A program made the translations under genes and the position numbers. A DNA stretch of 32,108 bases, from assembly GCA_015494485.1 (NCBI GenBank), contig WGBF01000221.1, positions 1-32,108 of the forward strand, in the 5' to 3' direction. Position 1 is the first letter of the stretch; each line of letters starts with the position of its first letter. Below the pieces are notes generated by a model. The model worked only from the letters and a program-made list of their open reading frames with translations, had not been told where the DNA came from and searched no databases. Positions 17,036 through 26,012 of this stretch are shown here, in pieces. The DNA is from a bacterium (GTDB taxonomy: Bacteria; Calditrichota; Calditrichia; RBG-13-44-9; J042).

Positions 17036-18482
17036 TTTCCCCCTTTATCCACTTTGCTAACTTTGCATTCATGAATAGCAATGTACCGATTAAAATACCC
17101 CATTGCAAAAGGCAGGTCCCCAGACTGAACGGGATAAACGGGTTCCACCAATCCTGCGGATACCATTGCACGGATTGAATAAACCACCAGCCCAGTAAAA
17201 CAACCACTTCCACCGGAATCAAAAATTTCATTAAATAATCAAACCAGCGCCCCACCTGAATGTCATTGGTTGGAATTGCCAAAAAGGTTTCCCGAAAGCG
17301 GGTTACGCCATAATGAAGGACTGCAAATGTAAAAAATCCACCACTAATGATTAAGCCCAGCCCCCAAACCCAATCCTGGTTATCAAATACCTTCAGGGAC
17401 AGGGCGGAAGGGGCTCCCAGAATGGCGGTTAGTCCGGCGGTCACCATCAACGCCCGTTTTCGGGTCAGGCCAAAATCCATGAACACCCGCGTGCTTAATT
17501 CGAACATGGCAATCAATGAACTTAAGGCGGCAAAAAACAATCCAAGGAAAAATACCGATTGAAAAATAACCGCGCCTTTCAGGGTGGAAAACAATTGCGG
17601 AATGGCAATAAAGCTTAACCCCTGATTTCCCTGTTGCAGGGCGTTGAGCGCGTCTTCCGGTGAGGGGCTTAACGAAAACACCGATGGAATAATCGCCAAC
17701 CCGGCCAACAGGGAGGCAGAATTGTTCCCAAACCCGGCGATGAACGCATTGAGGGTGGTATCTTCTTTTTCCCGCATGTAAACCGCATAGGTTAATACCA
17801 ATCCCCACCCCGCACCGGTGGACCATGCCGATTGCGACAACCCTTCAAGCCACACTCTGTAATTAAACAGAGAGGCGGACTTAAACCCGAACAGGTAGTC
17901 CAGGCCCAGATTGGCATTGGGCAACGTCAACGCCCGCACAACGCCAATAATCAACAGAATAAGTAACGATGGCAGCAAAATTCGGTTCGCCCGTTCAATG
18001 CCGTTTACCACTCCCTGAACAATGACCAGTGACGCAATGGTCAAGGCAATAAAATGGTAGAGCAAGGGCTGATAACTGCTCTGGGTAAATTGATTCCAGA
18101 ATGCCGCCGGTTCTGTGGAGATCAGCGTTCCCTGAACGGCTGCCACAAAGTACCGCAGTGCCCATCCCGTTACCACGGAATAATAGAACATGATGCCCAT
18201 GGTACAGAATGCAACAAAGGCCCCCATCCATGTGTATTTTTTGCCCACAAAATCAGCAAAAGCGCCAATAGGCCCCTTCCGGGTGGTTTTACCCATGGAA
18301 AACTCCACCATGATCAGGGGAATGGACCATAATATCAGAAACAACGTCCAGGGGATGAGAAATGCACCACCGTATTGCCCCGCCAACCGCGGAAATCGCC
18401 AGATATTTCCCGCTCCCACCGCCATTCCCAGCGTGGAGAGCAACAACATCCATCGGGAAGAGAAAACTTCTTTCCGTTCCAT
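17022..18482 (-). CDS. sodium-dependent transporter, neurotransmitter:sodium symporter (NSS/SNF) family
   Basis: 486 aa with about 11-12 TM helices. The GAGNIWRFP motif in TM1 is diagnostic for NSS. Confidence 0.9.
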   Translation of the reverse strand: MERKEVFSSRWMLLLSTLGMAVGAGNIWRFPRLAGQYGGAFLIPWTLFLILWSIPLIMVEFSMGKTTRKGPIGAFADFVGKKYTWMGAFVAFCTMGIMFYYSVVTGWALRYFVAAVQGTLISTEPAAFWNQFTQSSYQPLLYHFIALTIASLVIVQGVVNGIERANRILLPSLLILLIIGVVRALTLPNANLGLDYLFGFKSASLFNYRVWLEGLSQSAWSTGAGWGLVLTYAVYMREKEDTTLNAFIAGFGNNSASLLAGLAIIPSVFSLSPSPEDALNALQQGNQGLSFIAIPQLFSTLKGAVIFQSVFFLGLFFAALSSLIAMFELSTRVFMDFGLTRKRALMVTAGLTAILGAPSALSLKVFDNQDWVWGLGLIISGGFFTFAVLHYGVTRFRETFLAIPTNDIQVGRWFDYLMKFLIPVEVVVLLGWWFIQSVQWYPQDWWNPFIPFSLGTCLLQWGILIGTLLFMNAKLAKWIKGENGNI

Positions 18483-18548
18483 TAGCGCCTCATTGTGAAT
18501 TTTCGTTGCGAATTTTAACTATTTCCGTCCGTATTCCAAAACCAATAT

Positions 18549-19718
18549 CTAAAATGAAGCACGGGCTTTGCGGTGCAAATGCCAGAAAGCACCAGCCGAA
18601 ATCAATTGCAAGACCACCACTACGCTGAGCATTACCGCCAGTTGCATTTCGTACAACCAGCCAATTAGGGTACTACCGGCAAACCAGGCCAGACCAAAGA
18701 TGCCGTTAAACAGACCGAATGCTGTTCCCCGCCGTTCCGCGGGCACCAGATCGCTGACAACCGCTTTTAAAATGGATTCCCGGGCACCCATGGCAACCCC
18801 CCACAGCACAATACCGGCTACCACCCACTGCGCAGAAAAACCAAACAAAAACAACGGGGCAACGGCACTAAACAACGCAGCAAACGCCATTACCTGAATA
18901 CCAGAACGGTCGTACCACCGCCCCAGCCCAAGGGCCGCCACTGCATCCACCCCCATGGCAACCGCGTAAACAACCGGAATCCAGGCATCCGCAATGACCG
19001 CACTGGCTTTCAGGTGATACGCAACCAAGGGAAAATCCACAAACCCGGCCCCTAAAAACACCGCCGCGAACAGAAATTGCTTAAACGTAAACGGCAATTG
19101 ATTGTCAGTCGGCGAAACGTTCTGCGTTTCAAACTCCTGGGGACGGGGAAAGAGTACCCGACCCACCACCAGCAGACTAAACGCAATGAGGGCCGGGATC
19201 AGCAACACAGCGTATCCCTGGCGGTAGGTATCATGCACAAACAAAATCCCCGCAAGCAGTAAAGGCCCGGCAACGGCGCCAATCTGGTCCATGGCTTCGT
19301 GCAGTCCAAACCCCCATCCGCTTCCCACGCTTCGGGTTGCTCCGGAAAGGAGCACATCCCGCGCCGGGGTGCGAATGGCTTTTCCCAACCGTTCGGCGAT
19401 CACCAGAGCCACAGCAACTTCCCACTGCCCGGCCAATGCCAACAGGGGTACTGCAAATAAATTCAAGGCATACCCAAAAAAGGTAAATCCCCAATACCAG
19501 CGGGTTTTGTCGCTCCAATAGCCAAACAGCATCCGCAGGGTAACGGAAACAAACTCCCCAAAGCCGGCCACCATGCTGACTACCAGTCCGGAGGCTCCCA
19601 GAATTTGCAAGAACGGTCCAATGGTGCTACGGGCGCCTTCGTAGGTCATATCCGCAAACAGACTTACCAGCCCCATCAAAATAATAAAATAATACGGAGA
19701 TGATTTTTTTACCGCCAT
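18549..19718 (-). CDS. MFS transporter
   Basis: 12-TM pattern. I set the start at ATG 19718 (MAVKKSSPYYFIILMGLVSLFADMTYEG), which has a GGAGG RBS. The 131-codon N-terminal extension in the track ORF is low-complexity and runs across the divergent promoter. Confidence 0.85.
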   Translation of the reverse strand: MAVKKSSPYYFIILMGLVSLFADMTYEGARSTIGPFLQILGASGLVVSMVAGFGEFVSVTLRMLFGYWSDKTRWYWGFTFFGYALNLFAVPLLALAGQWEVAVALVIAERLGKAIRTPARDVLLSGATRSVGSGWGFGLHEAMDQIGAVAGPLLLAGILFVHDTYRQGYAVLLIPALIAFSLLVVGRVLFPRPQEFETQNVSPTDNQLPFTFKQFLFAAVFLGAGFVDFPLVAYHLKASAVIADAWIPVVYAVAMGVDAVAALGLGRWYDRSGIQVMAFAALFSAVAPLFLFGFSAQWVVAGIVLWGVAMGARESILKAVVSDLVPAERRGTAFGLFNGIFGLAWFAGSTLIGWLYEMQLAVMLSVVVVLQLISAGAFWHLHRKARASF

Positions 19719-19838
19719 CCGCTGCCTCCTCTGTAAGCCGTACCCGCAAGTTACAAAACCCCGGCCATTTCCCCAAGATGCCCGGGAATTTCCGGGAGCA
19801 TTAAAACATTTTTTCATTGCACGATAATATGTGAGAAT

Positions 19839-19846
19839 TATATTTG
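19839..19846 (+). promoter_or_regulatory. candidate -7 box TATATTTG with TTGC -33 element, ClC gene promoter
   Basis: Exact TAnnTTTG, 27 nt upstream of ATG 19873. TTGC at 19817-19820 gives an 18-nt spacer. The box lies inside the GTG-19831 reading frame, which favours the 19873 start. Confidence 0.45.
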
Positions 19847-19872
19847 AACGCTTAGACAAAACCCAGGATACC

Positions 19873-21936
19873 ATGGAAAAATCGCGTTTAAACCGCTGGC
19901 TGACGCAGCTTTCCGACACGCTGGACCAAACGTTTTTTCGGTTCCGCTCTACCGAGCACACCTTTATGGTCATTATGGCTATCATTATTGGTATTGTGGG
20001 CGGCTTTGGCGCGGTTGGTATCCAGTTCCTGATTAAGGTGTTTGTAAAACTGTTCTGGAACACCTGGGAATTTTCCATCGAATACGCCCGAACAGTTCCG
20101 CTGTACGTCAAAATCGGTGCTCCTGCCGCCGGCGGTGTAATCGTGGGGTTTATCGTGCACTATTTTGCGCAGGAAGCCAAAGGGCACGGGGTTCCGGAAG
20201 TAATGGAAGCAATTGCCCTCCGCAACGGGGTCATTCGGCCGCGGGTGGTGATTGCCAAATTGCTGGCCTCCTCTGCTTACATTGGCTCCGGGGGTTCCGT
20301 AGGACGGGAAGGTCCCGTTATCCAAATCGGGTCTTCCGTGGGTTCTACCGTGGGACAATTGCTACGGGTGAATCCCAAGCGGATGAAAATTTTTGTGGCC
20401 TGCGGGGCCGCAGCAGGCATTGCCGCTGCATTTAACGCCCCGGTTGCCGGCGCATTGTTCAGTGTGGAAGTCATTCTGGGGGATTTTGGCGTTGCCCAGT
20501 TTAGCCCCATCGTTATTTCTTCCGTGATGGCAACCGTGGTTTCCCGCCATTTTCTGGGGGATTTTCCCGCTTTTGAAGTTCCGGCCTACGAACTGGGTTC
20601 CCCCATGGAACTGGCCTTTTACATTGGATTGGGCCTCATTGCCGGTTTAATCTCCTTACTGTACATCAACACCCTGTATAAATTTGAAGACCTGTTTGAT
20701 GAATGGTCCATTCATCCGGTGCTGAAACCCATCATCGGTGGCCTCATTGTGGGCGTACTGGGGGTATTTGTTCCCCATATTTACGGCGTCGGGTATAACA
20801 CCATGAACCATGCCCTGCACGGGCAGTTATTGCTGGGCACCATGGTTGGCTTGATTTTTCTGAAAATATTTGCCACGTCGATTAGTTTGGGTTCCGGTGG
20901 TTCCGGTGGTGTATTTGCCCCGTCGCTCTTTATTGGTACCATGACCGGCGGCGCATTTGGGATTATCGTCAACCAACTGGTGCCGTTTGCATCTTCCCCC
21001 GGTGCGTATGCTCTTGTGGGAATGGGCGCCGTGGTTGCCAGTGCCACCCATGCCCCCATTACGGCCATTTTAATCATTTTCGAAATGACCAACGATTACA
21101 AATTAATTCTCCCGCTGATGATTTCCAGCGTCATTGCCACCCTTCTTACGACCAAACTGAAACGGGAATCCATTTACACCCTCAAATTAATCCGCCGTGG
21201 TATCGACTTGTTTCGCGGCCGGGAAATCAATTTACTGCGCTCCATTCCCGTCCGGGAAGTAATGCGTACCGACCCGGTAGTTATTCCGGCCAATACCAGC
21301 TTCAAAAAGCTCATGCAATTACTGGTTCACAGTGACCACACCCAGTTTTACGTGCTGGATTTCAACAACAATTTTGAGGGTTCCGTATCCCTCCACGAAG
21401 CGCGAAAAGCCCTGCTGGACGAGGAATATGTAGCGGATTTGTTAATTGCTCACGACCTGGTCAATCCCAACGTCCCCCGGCTGCGGCCATCCGACACGCT
21501 GGATGAAGTAATGAAAATTTTTGGCCAGGTGGATGCCGAAGAGCTGCCGGTAGTGGACGAAACAGACCCCGGGAAAGTCATTGGTACCGTATTTTACAAG
21601 GACGTCATCGAAGCCTACAACCGGGAAGTGGTGAAACGGAATCTGGTGGAAGAGATGAGCTCATCCATCAAATTGCTGGAAAAACATCACCAGATTCCTT
21701 TTCTGGATGGCTACGCCATGGCAGAAATTCCCGTGCCCCTCAGTTTTGTGGGAAAAACCTTGCGCGATTTGAACATTCGGGCCCGGTTTGGCGTTAACGT
21801 CATCATGATAAAACGACAACAGGATGGTCAGGAACCCACGGAAATTATGCCCTCACCGGATGAAACCATTCAGGCCGGTGATGTTTTAATTGCGGTAGGG
21901 CCGGAAAAAGATCTTGAGGTGCTACGACACTTATGA
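19873..21936 (+). CDS. ClC-family voltage-gated chloride channel/antiporter with C-terminal CBS pair and TrkA-C (RCK_C)-like domain
   Basis: Selectivity motifs GSGGSVGREGP, GVFAPS and GAAAGIAAAFNAPV. Two CBS-like repeats are followed by FGVNVIMIKR...IQAGDVLIAVGP. Confidence 0.9.
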   Translation: MEKSRLNRWLTQLSDTLDQTFFRFRSTEHTFMVIMAIIIGIVGGFGAVGIQFLIKVFVKLFWNTWEFSIEYARTVPLYVKIGAPAAGGVIVGFIVHYFAQEAKGHGVPEVMEAIALRNGVIRPRVVIAKLLASSAYIGSGGSVGREGPVIQIGSSVGSTVGQLLRVNPKRMKIFVACGAAAGIAAAFNAPVAGALFSVEVILGDFGVAQFSPIVISSVMATVVSRHFLGDFPAFEVPAYELGSPMELAFYIGLGLIAGLISLLYINTLYKFEDLFDEWSIHPVLKPIIGGLIVGVLGVFVPHIYGVGYNTMNHALHGQLLLGTMVGLIFLKIFATSISLGSGGSGGVFAPSLFIGTMTGGAFGIIVNQLVPFASSPGAYALVGMGAVVASATHAPITAILIIFEMTNDYKLILPLMISSVIATLLTTKLKRESIYTLKLIRRGIDLFRGREINLLRSIPVREVMRTDPVVIPANTSFKKLMQLLVHSDHTQFYVLDFNNNFEGSVSLHEARKALLDEEYVADLLIAHDLVNPNVPRLRPSDTLDEVMKIFGQVDAEELPVVDETDPGKVIGTVFYKDVIEAYNREVVKRNLVEEMSSSIKLLEKHHQIPFLDGYAMAEIPVPLSFVGKTLRDLNIRARFGVNVIMIKRQQDGQEPTEIMPSPDETIQAGDVLIAVGPEKDLEVLRHL

Positions 21937-22772
21937 GCATTTTAAAAACATTCAACATTCGGGACGGACGACAACGCAAGCAAACCATTGAGGTTCTGTA
22001 CGAAGACGACCACCTGGTCGCAGTAAATAAACCCGCGGGCTTACGGGTTATCCCCGATAGTTTTAACGCAGCGCTCCCCAATTTATTAACCATGCTGGAA
22101 TCCCGCTACCGGAAAGCGCTTGGGCAGGAAGGACAGCAACTGTGGGTGGTACACCGCATCGATATGCACACCAGTGGCGTAGTTATTTTTGCCCGCACCC
22201 CGGAAATGCACCGGCATTTAAACCGGATGTTTGAACACGGCGAGGTGCACAAAACATACTGGGCCGTTGTCCGGGGCTACGTTCAACCGCGGGAGGGACG
22301 CATTGACTTTCCCATGGCACCGCACCCGTCCCGCAGCCGCATGATGATTATTTCCGAAAAAGGTAAACCGGCCCGCACGGACTACCGGGTGCTGGAGGAA
22401 TTTGAACATTTTACCCTGGTGGAAGTGTATCCCCGTACCGGCCGCACCCATCAGATTCGGGTGCACTTTCAGGCCATAGGAAATCCCCTGGCCATTGACC
22501 CCATTTACGCCAAAACGCTCAGCATCGACATTTCCAATTTAAAACGGGATGTGGTTCGCAAACGGCATTCCCTGGACGAAACACCACCGGCTTTAATGCA
22601 ACGGCTTACGCTTCACGCTTTGCGCCTTTCCTTTACTCACCCGCTAACCGGAAAATCGTTTGAAGTGGAGGCAGCGCTTCCCAAAGATTTTCGGGCATTG
22701 CTTTCCGCCCTGCGGAAGTGGGATAAGCGGAAATCCCCCACGGAGTCTCCATCACTACCTGACTCTCAATAA
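21933..22772 (+). CDS. RluA-family pseudouridine synthase
   Basis: HRIDMHTSGVVIFA (catalytic Asp motif), KTYWAVV and GRTHQIRVH. The ATGA overlap with the ClC stop suggests translational coupling. Confidence 0.9.
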   Translation: MSILKTFNIRDGRQRKQTIEVLYEDDHLVAVNKPAGLRVIPDSFNAALPNLLTMLESRYRKALGQEGQQLWVVHRIDMHTSGVVIFARTPEMHRHLNRMFEHGEVHKTYWAVVRGYVQPREGRIDFPMAPHPSRSRMMIISEKGKPARTDYRVLEEFEHFTLVEVYPRTGRTHQIRVHFQAIGNPLAIDPIYAKTLSIDISNLKRDVVRKRHSLDETPPALMQRLTLHALRLSFTHPLTGKSFEVEAALPKDFRALLSALRKWDKRKSPTESPSLPDSQ

Positions 22773-22831
22773 CCCAACCCAGGCACCCCAAGAACTTTCA
22801 ATTCCCCTTTTATTTTCTTCTAAAAATTGTG

Positions 22832-22839
22832 TATTTTTG
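22832..22839 (+). promoter_or_regulatory. candidate -7 box TATTTTTG upstream of asd
   Basis: Exact TAnnTTTG, 27 nt upstream of ATG 22866, with a GAGGG RBS in between. Confidence 0.4.
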
Positions 22840-22865
22840 GCGCTAAAAATGTAGTGAGGGTTAAA

Positions 22866-23861
22866 ATGTTTACTGTAGCTGTGGTTGGCGCCACGGGTCT
22901 GGTGGGGCAAAAAATGTTAAAAGTCCTGGAGGAACGAAATTTCCCCGTCAAACGGTTGATTCCCATTGCATCCCGTCAATCCGCCGGGGAAAAAATTCGT
23001 TTTCGGGGAGAAGAACTTACGGTTCAGCCGCTCTCCGAAACGGTATTCGACGGTGTTGATTATGCCCTGTTTTCCGCAGGGGCCGCTATTAGCCGGGAAT
23101 TTGCCCCAAAGGCAGTGGCCCAAGGCGTGACCGTTATCGATAATTCCAGTGCGTGGCGAATGGACCCAAAGGTGCCATTGATTGTCCCGGAAGTAAATCC
23201 CCATGCCGTTTCCGCCGAAGACCGGCTCATTGCCAATCCCAATTGCTCTACCATTCAGATGGTAGTGGCCTTAAAGCCCCTACATGATCGGTTTCGGATT
23301 AAACGAATTGTGGTAGCAACCTATCAGGCAGTAACAGGAAGCGGCAAGCAGGCCGTCCAGCAATTGCATGAAGAATTGACCAGCGGGACTGCCAGCAATC
23401 CCTTTTACCCACACCCCATTGCTTTTAATTGTTTGCCGCATATTGATGTGTTTCAGGAAGATGGCTACACCAAAGAAGAACACAAGATGATATTTGAAAC
23501 CCATAAAATCATGGAAGACGACACCATTGGCGTATCCCCCACCGCGGTCCGGGTTCCCGTACTGGGTGGGCATTCGGAAGCCATTAACGTGGAATTTGCC
23601 CACTCCTTTAACCTCAATGAAGTGTACGAAATTCTTCAACAAGCGCCGGGAGTTACGGTGGTGGACAAACCTGCCCAAAACGAATACCCCATGCCGCTGT
23701 ATGCCGAAGATAAAGATGATGTATTCGTAGGGCGCATCCGGCGGGACCCTTCAATTCGGAATGGCTTGAATTTGTGGGTTGTAAGCGATAACTTGCGCAA
23801 AGGTGCGGCAACCAATGCGGTACAAATTGCGGAATTGATGATAACCAAACGGAGCCAATAG
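22866..23861 (+). CDS. asd: aspartate-semialdehyde dehydrogenase
   Basis: VAVVGATGLVGQ dinucleotide-binding motif, NPNCSTIQMVVAL active-site Cys, and SGGHS-like (LGGHSEAI) and DNLRKGAA motifs. The track start at 22827 is a TTG. Confidence 0.92.
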   Translation: MFTVAVVGATGLVGQKMLKVLEERNFPVKRLIPIASRQSAGEKIRFRGEELTVQPLSETVFDGVDYALFSAGAAISREFAPKAVAQGVTVIDNSSAWRMDPKVPLIVPEVNPHAVSAEDRLIANPNCSTIQMVVALKPLHDRFRIKRIVVATYQAVTGSGKQAVQQLHEELTSGTASNPFYPHPIAFNCLPHIDVFQEDGYTKEEHKMIFETHKIMEDDTIGVSPTAVRVPVLGGHSEAINVEFAHSFNLNEVYEILQQAPGVTVVDKPAQNEYPMPLYAEDKDDVFVGRIRRDPSIRNGLNLWVVSDNLRKGAATNAVQIAELMITKRSQ

Positions 23862-23916
23862 ATTGCGGAAACCGAAGGCTAAACGTCCCGTGGCCTCCCC
23901 CACCTCTGCTCCGGTC

Positions 23917-24654
23917 ATGCCGGGTGCAGAACCAATTTTCATAGACCAGGGTGAAAAGGGCCTACTATTCTTGCACGGTTTTACCGGTTCCCCCTACGAG
24001 GGGCGCGATTTTGCGGAATATTTCAAAGAAAAAGGATACACCATCTGGGTTCCCTTACTCCCCGGACACGGGACGCATCCCCGGGATATGGAACACGTTA
24101 CCTGGGAAGATTGGTACCGCGCCGCCCGCAATCATCTGTTCAAATTGCAACGCAAATGCCGCAAGGTAGCCGTGGTGGGGCAATCCATGGGTGCCGCCCT
24201 GGCCATGAATCTGGCGGCCCATTACCCATTTGATGCGCTGGTTACCCTGGCAGGATTTGTTTTTTTAACCGACTGGCGTTTGAAATTGCTGCCAGTAGCC
24301 CGGCACGTTTTGCGCTACCAGTACAAGTCCAAGGGACCGGACATTCACTCCAGGGAAGCGAAGAAAAGGAGCGCCTCCTACCACAAATATCCGGTGAAGA
24401 GCATCCAGCAACTACTGGCATTAATTGAACACGTACGGGGGGATTTACTGGATATTCACATTCCAACGTATTTAGTCCACGCCAAACGCGACCATGTTGT
24501 GCCGTATTCCAACCTGGACTACCTGTACAATCACATCGGTTCTAAAATCAAAAAACGACTGCTGGTGGAAAATTCATACCACATTGTCAGCGTGGATTAT
24601 GACAAAGATTTAATATTTAAAGAATTGGACGCCTTTTTCAAAAAGTATTTATAA
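23917..24654 (+). CDS. alpha/beta hydrolase, Est30-like carboxylesterase / lysophospholipase type
   Basis: LLFLHGFTGSP, the GQSMGA nucleophile elbow, and late D (KRDHVV) and H (NSYHIV). The start is uncertain: ATG 23917 or TTG 23863. Confidence 0.78.
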   Translation: MPGAEPIFIDQGEKGLLFLHGFTGSPYEGRDFAEYFKEKGYTIWVPLLPGHGTHPRDMEHVTWEDWYRAARNHLFKLQRKCRKVAVVGQSMGAALAMNLAAHYPFDALVTLAGFVFLTDWRLKLLPVARHVLRYQYKSKGPDIHSREAKKRSASYHKYPVKSIQQLLALIEHVRGDLLDIHIPTYLVHAKRDHVVPYSNLDYLYNHIGSKIKKRLLVENSYHIVSVDYDKDLIFKELDAFFKKYL

Positions 24655-24677
24655 TGTAAGAATACACTACGTTCGCT

Positions 24678-24929
24678 TTAGCATCCCTCTTCTTCTTCCC
24701 CTTCATGGAGCTGCATTTCCGGCGGCACTACCGGTTTTTGTGGCTGTGCTTGTATATTCGCGCCCCGTTCCACAGTTCGTGCCGTCGGACGATTCCACAA
24801 TTGCTGATACCGTTGCAACTTGCCGGCATTCAATTGCTCCGCAGACGGAAATGAAAACGCTACAATCAAAGCAATAACCATCAGAACAATCGATAACACT
24901 GTAAGAATTTTTAAATTTTCGTTGTTCAT
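24678..24929 (-). CDS. 83-aa membrane-anchored protein with acidic C-terminal ...HEGEEEEGC tail (hypothetical; candidate sulfur-carrier arm)
   Basis: AAAGGAGAA RBS. One N-terminal TM helix (ILTVLSIVLMVIALIVAFSF), then a Pro/Gln-rich linker. The single Cys is the last residue. The tail is paralogous to that of the 26250-26882 product. Confidence 0.65.
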   Translation of the reverse strand: MNNENLKILTVLSIVLMVIALIVAFSFPSAEQLNAGKLQRYQQLWNRPTARTVERGANIQAQPQKPVVPPEMQLHEGEEEEGC

Positions 24930-24948
24930 ACCCCATTCTCCTTTAAAC

Positions 24949-24976
24949 GCGGTGGGGAATAGAAATTCCCCACCGC
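24949..24976 (-). terminator. intercistronic perfect 12-bp stem-loop (GCGGTGGGGAAT-N4-ATTCCCCACCGC); possible attenuator or mRNA-stability element
   Basis: Read directly; 8 of the 12 pairs are G:C. On the minus strand it starts 10 nt after the rhodanese stop. It is followed by GTTTAAAGGAG, a weak U-tract that runs straight into the RBS of the next gene. Confidence 0.5.
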
Positions 24977-24986
24977 TGGTGTTTCC

Positions 24987-25862
24987 TTATTTGCATGCAG
25001 CGCAGGCAATGGCACAATCCGCGCAACTTGCCCATTCGTTCATCGAACCATCGTACAACCGCGCCGGTAATTTGGCAATTTCATTAAAAGCAAACCACCC
25101 AATAGAAGCGATATTCCCCGAATTACAAAAATGGATAGCAGGCGTACCCACGCCCTTTACTTTTGCCAGCGCTTTAATGGCATCTGCCGATTTGAAGGTC
25201 CAATCCGCATTAAAATACATCGTAAAGGGAATATTTATTGCGCCTTTAATGGTACCTGGCTTGGCCACCACTTTGTGTTTCTTCTTACCCAGATAGAAAT
25301 CTGCCGGCCGGTCATCCACAAGATATTTGGCTTTTTTCACGTCTTCCAGAGTGGCCAGAGCGGTTTTATTGAAATCCTTTAACGTGATATTGCCTTTTTT
25401 GGTAATCGTCGGTACTTCGGTGGATACCTTATATCCGTTAGCTTTCCAGGCTTTTAAACCACCATCCAGCACGGAAACGTTCACCCCAAAGTTTTTTAAG
25501 GTGAAGTAAGTCCGGGTGGCATAATACACCATTTTCAACTTCGTATCCGGCCATACCACAATAACGTGGGAATTGTTGGAAATCCCCAGGTCCCGGAGGT
25601 ACTGCTGTAATGCCGCCTTATCCGGCAACTCTGCCACCAATCCGTTCCGTTTGACTTCAATTTTTTTGAAGTCGGCCCGAATGGCCCCGGGGATATGCCC
25701 CTGCGCGTACACTTTGGCTGAGGACACATCCAGCACCACCACATTGGGCGCGTTTAAATTGTCATGAAGCCACTTGGCGAAAACCAGTGGTTGGGCATTA
25801 CCAATTGTTGCAGCGGCAAACACAAAAATCAGAATAAGGTACAACCATTTTACGGACCGCAT
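24987..25862 (-). CDS. secreted two-domain rhodanese (thiosulfate/3-mercaptopyruvate sulfurtransferase architecture) with Cys-rich C-terminal tail
   Basis: Sec signal peptide MRSVKWLYLILIFVFAAATIGNAQ. The N-terminal domain is inactive (VVWPDTK). The C-terminal domain is catalytic, with the loop HFCNSGNIAS. The protein ends in SCADCAIACAACK. AGGAGGG RBS. Confidence 0.85.
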   Translation of the reverse strand: MRSVKWLYLILIFVFAAATIGNAQPLVFAKWLHDNLNAPNVVVLDVSSAKVYAQGHIPGAIRADFKKIEVKRNGLVAELPDKAALQQYLRDLGISNNSHVIVVWPDTKLKMVYYATRTYFTLKNFGVNVSVLDGGLKAWKANGYKVSTEVPTITKKGNITLKDFNKTALATLEDVKKAKYLVDDRPADFYLGKKKHKVVAKPGTIKGAINIPFTMYFNADWTFKSADAIKALAKVKGVGTPAIHFCNSGNIASIGWFAFNEIAKLPARLYDGSMNEWASCADCAIACAACK

Positions 25863-25964
25863 TTTTCTGCCCTCCTATTTTTCTCTATATATTGGAGGAG
25901 TTACGATACATTTATCTTTCTGCATGATTAACACAGTACCCAAATTATTTATACGGCAACGAAA

Positions 25965-26012
25965 GAGGAAATTCCTCCTTTTCTATTGCACCTTATTCTT
26001 CTATCGCACCTT
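25965..26012. repeat. 13-bp palindrome GAGGAA-A-TTCCTC followed by two 14-bp direct repeats TTCTATYGCACCTT (18-bp period)
   Basis: Read directly. The palindrome is at 25965-25977 and the repeats are at 25981-25994 and 25999-26012 (13/14 identical). They lie 100-150 nt upstream of the rhodanese ATG (25862), within a 387-nt AT-rich spacer. Confidence 0.4.

Noticed and set aside
19719-20111. 131-codon N-terminal extension of the MFS ORF
   Set aside because: The extension runs through the divergent promoter and into the ClC gene. It is low-complexity and lacks an RBS. The internal ATG at 19718 has a GGAGG RBS and gives a normal MFS N-terminus.
25010-25024. TGGCACAATCCGCGC on the plus strand, with sigma-54-like spacing
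   Set aside because: It lies antisense within the 3' end of the rhodanese gene, in the region encoding the Cys-rich tail. No plus-strand gene lies downstream, so it is most likely a by-product of the Cys and Ala codons.
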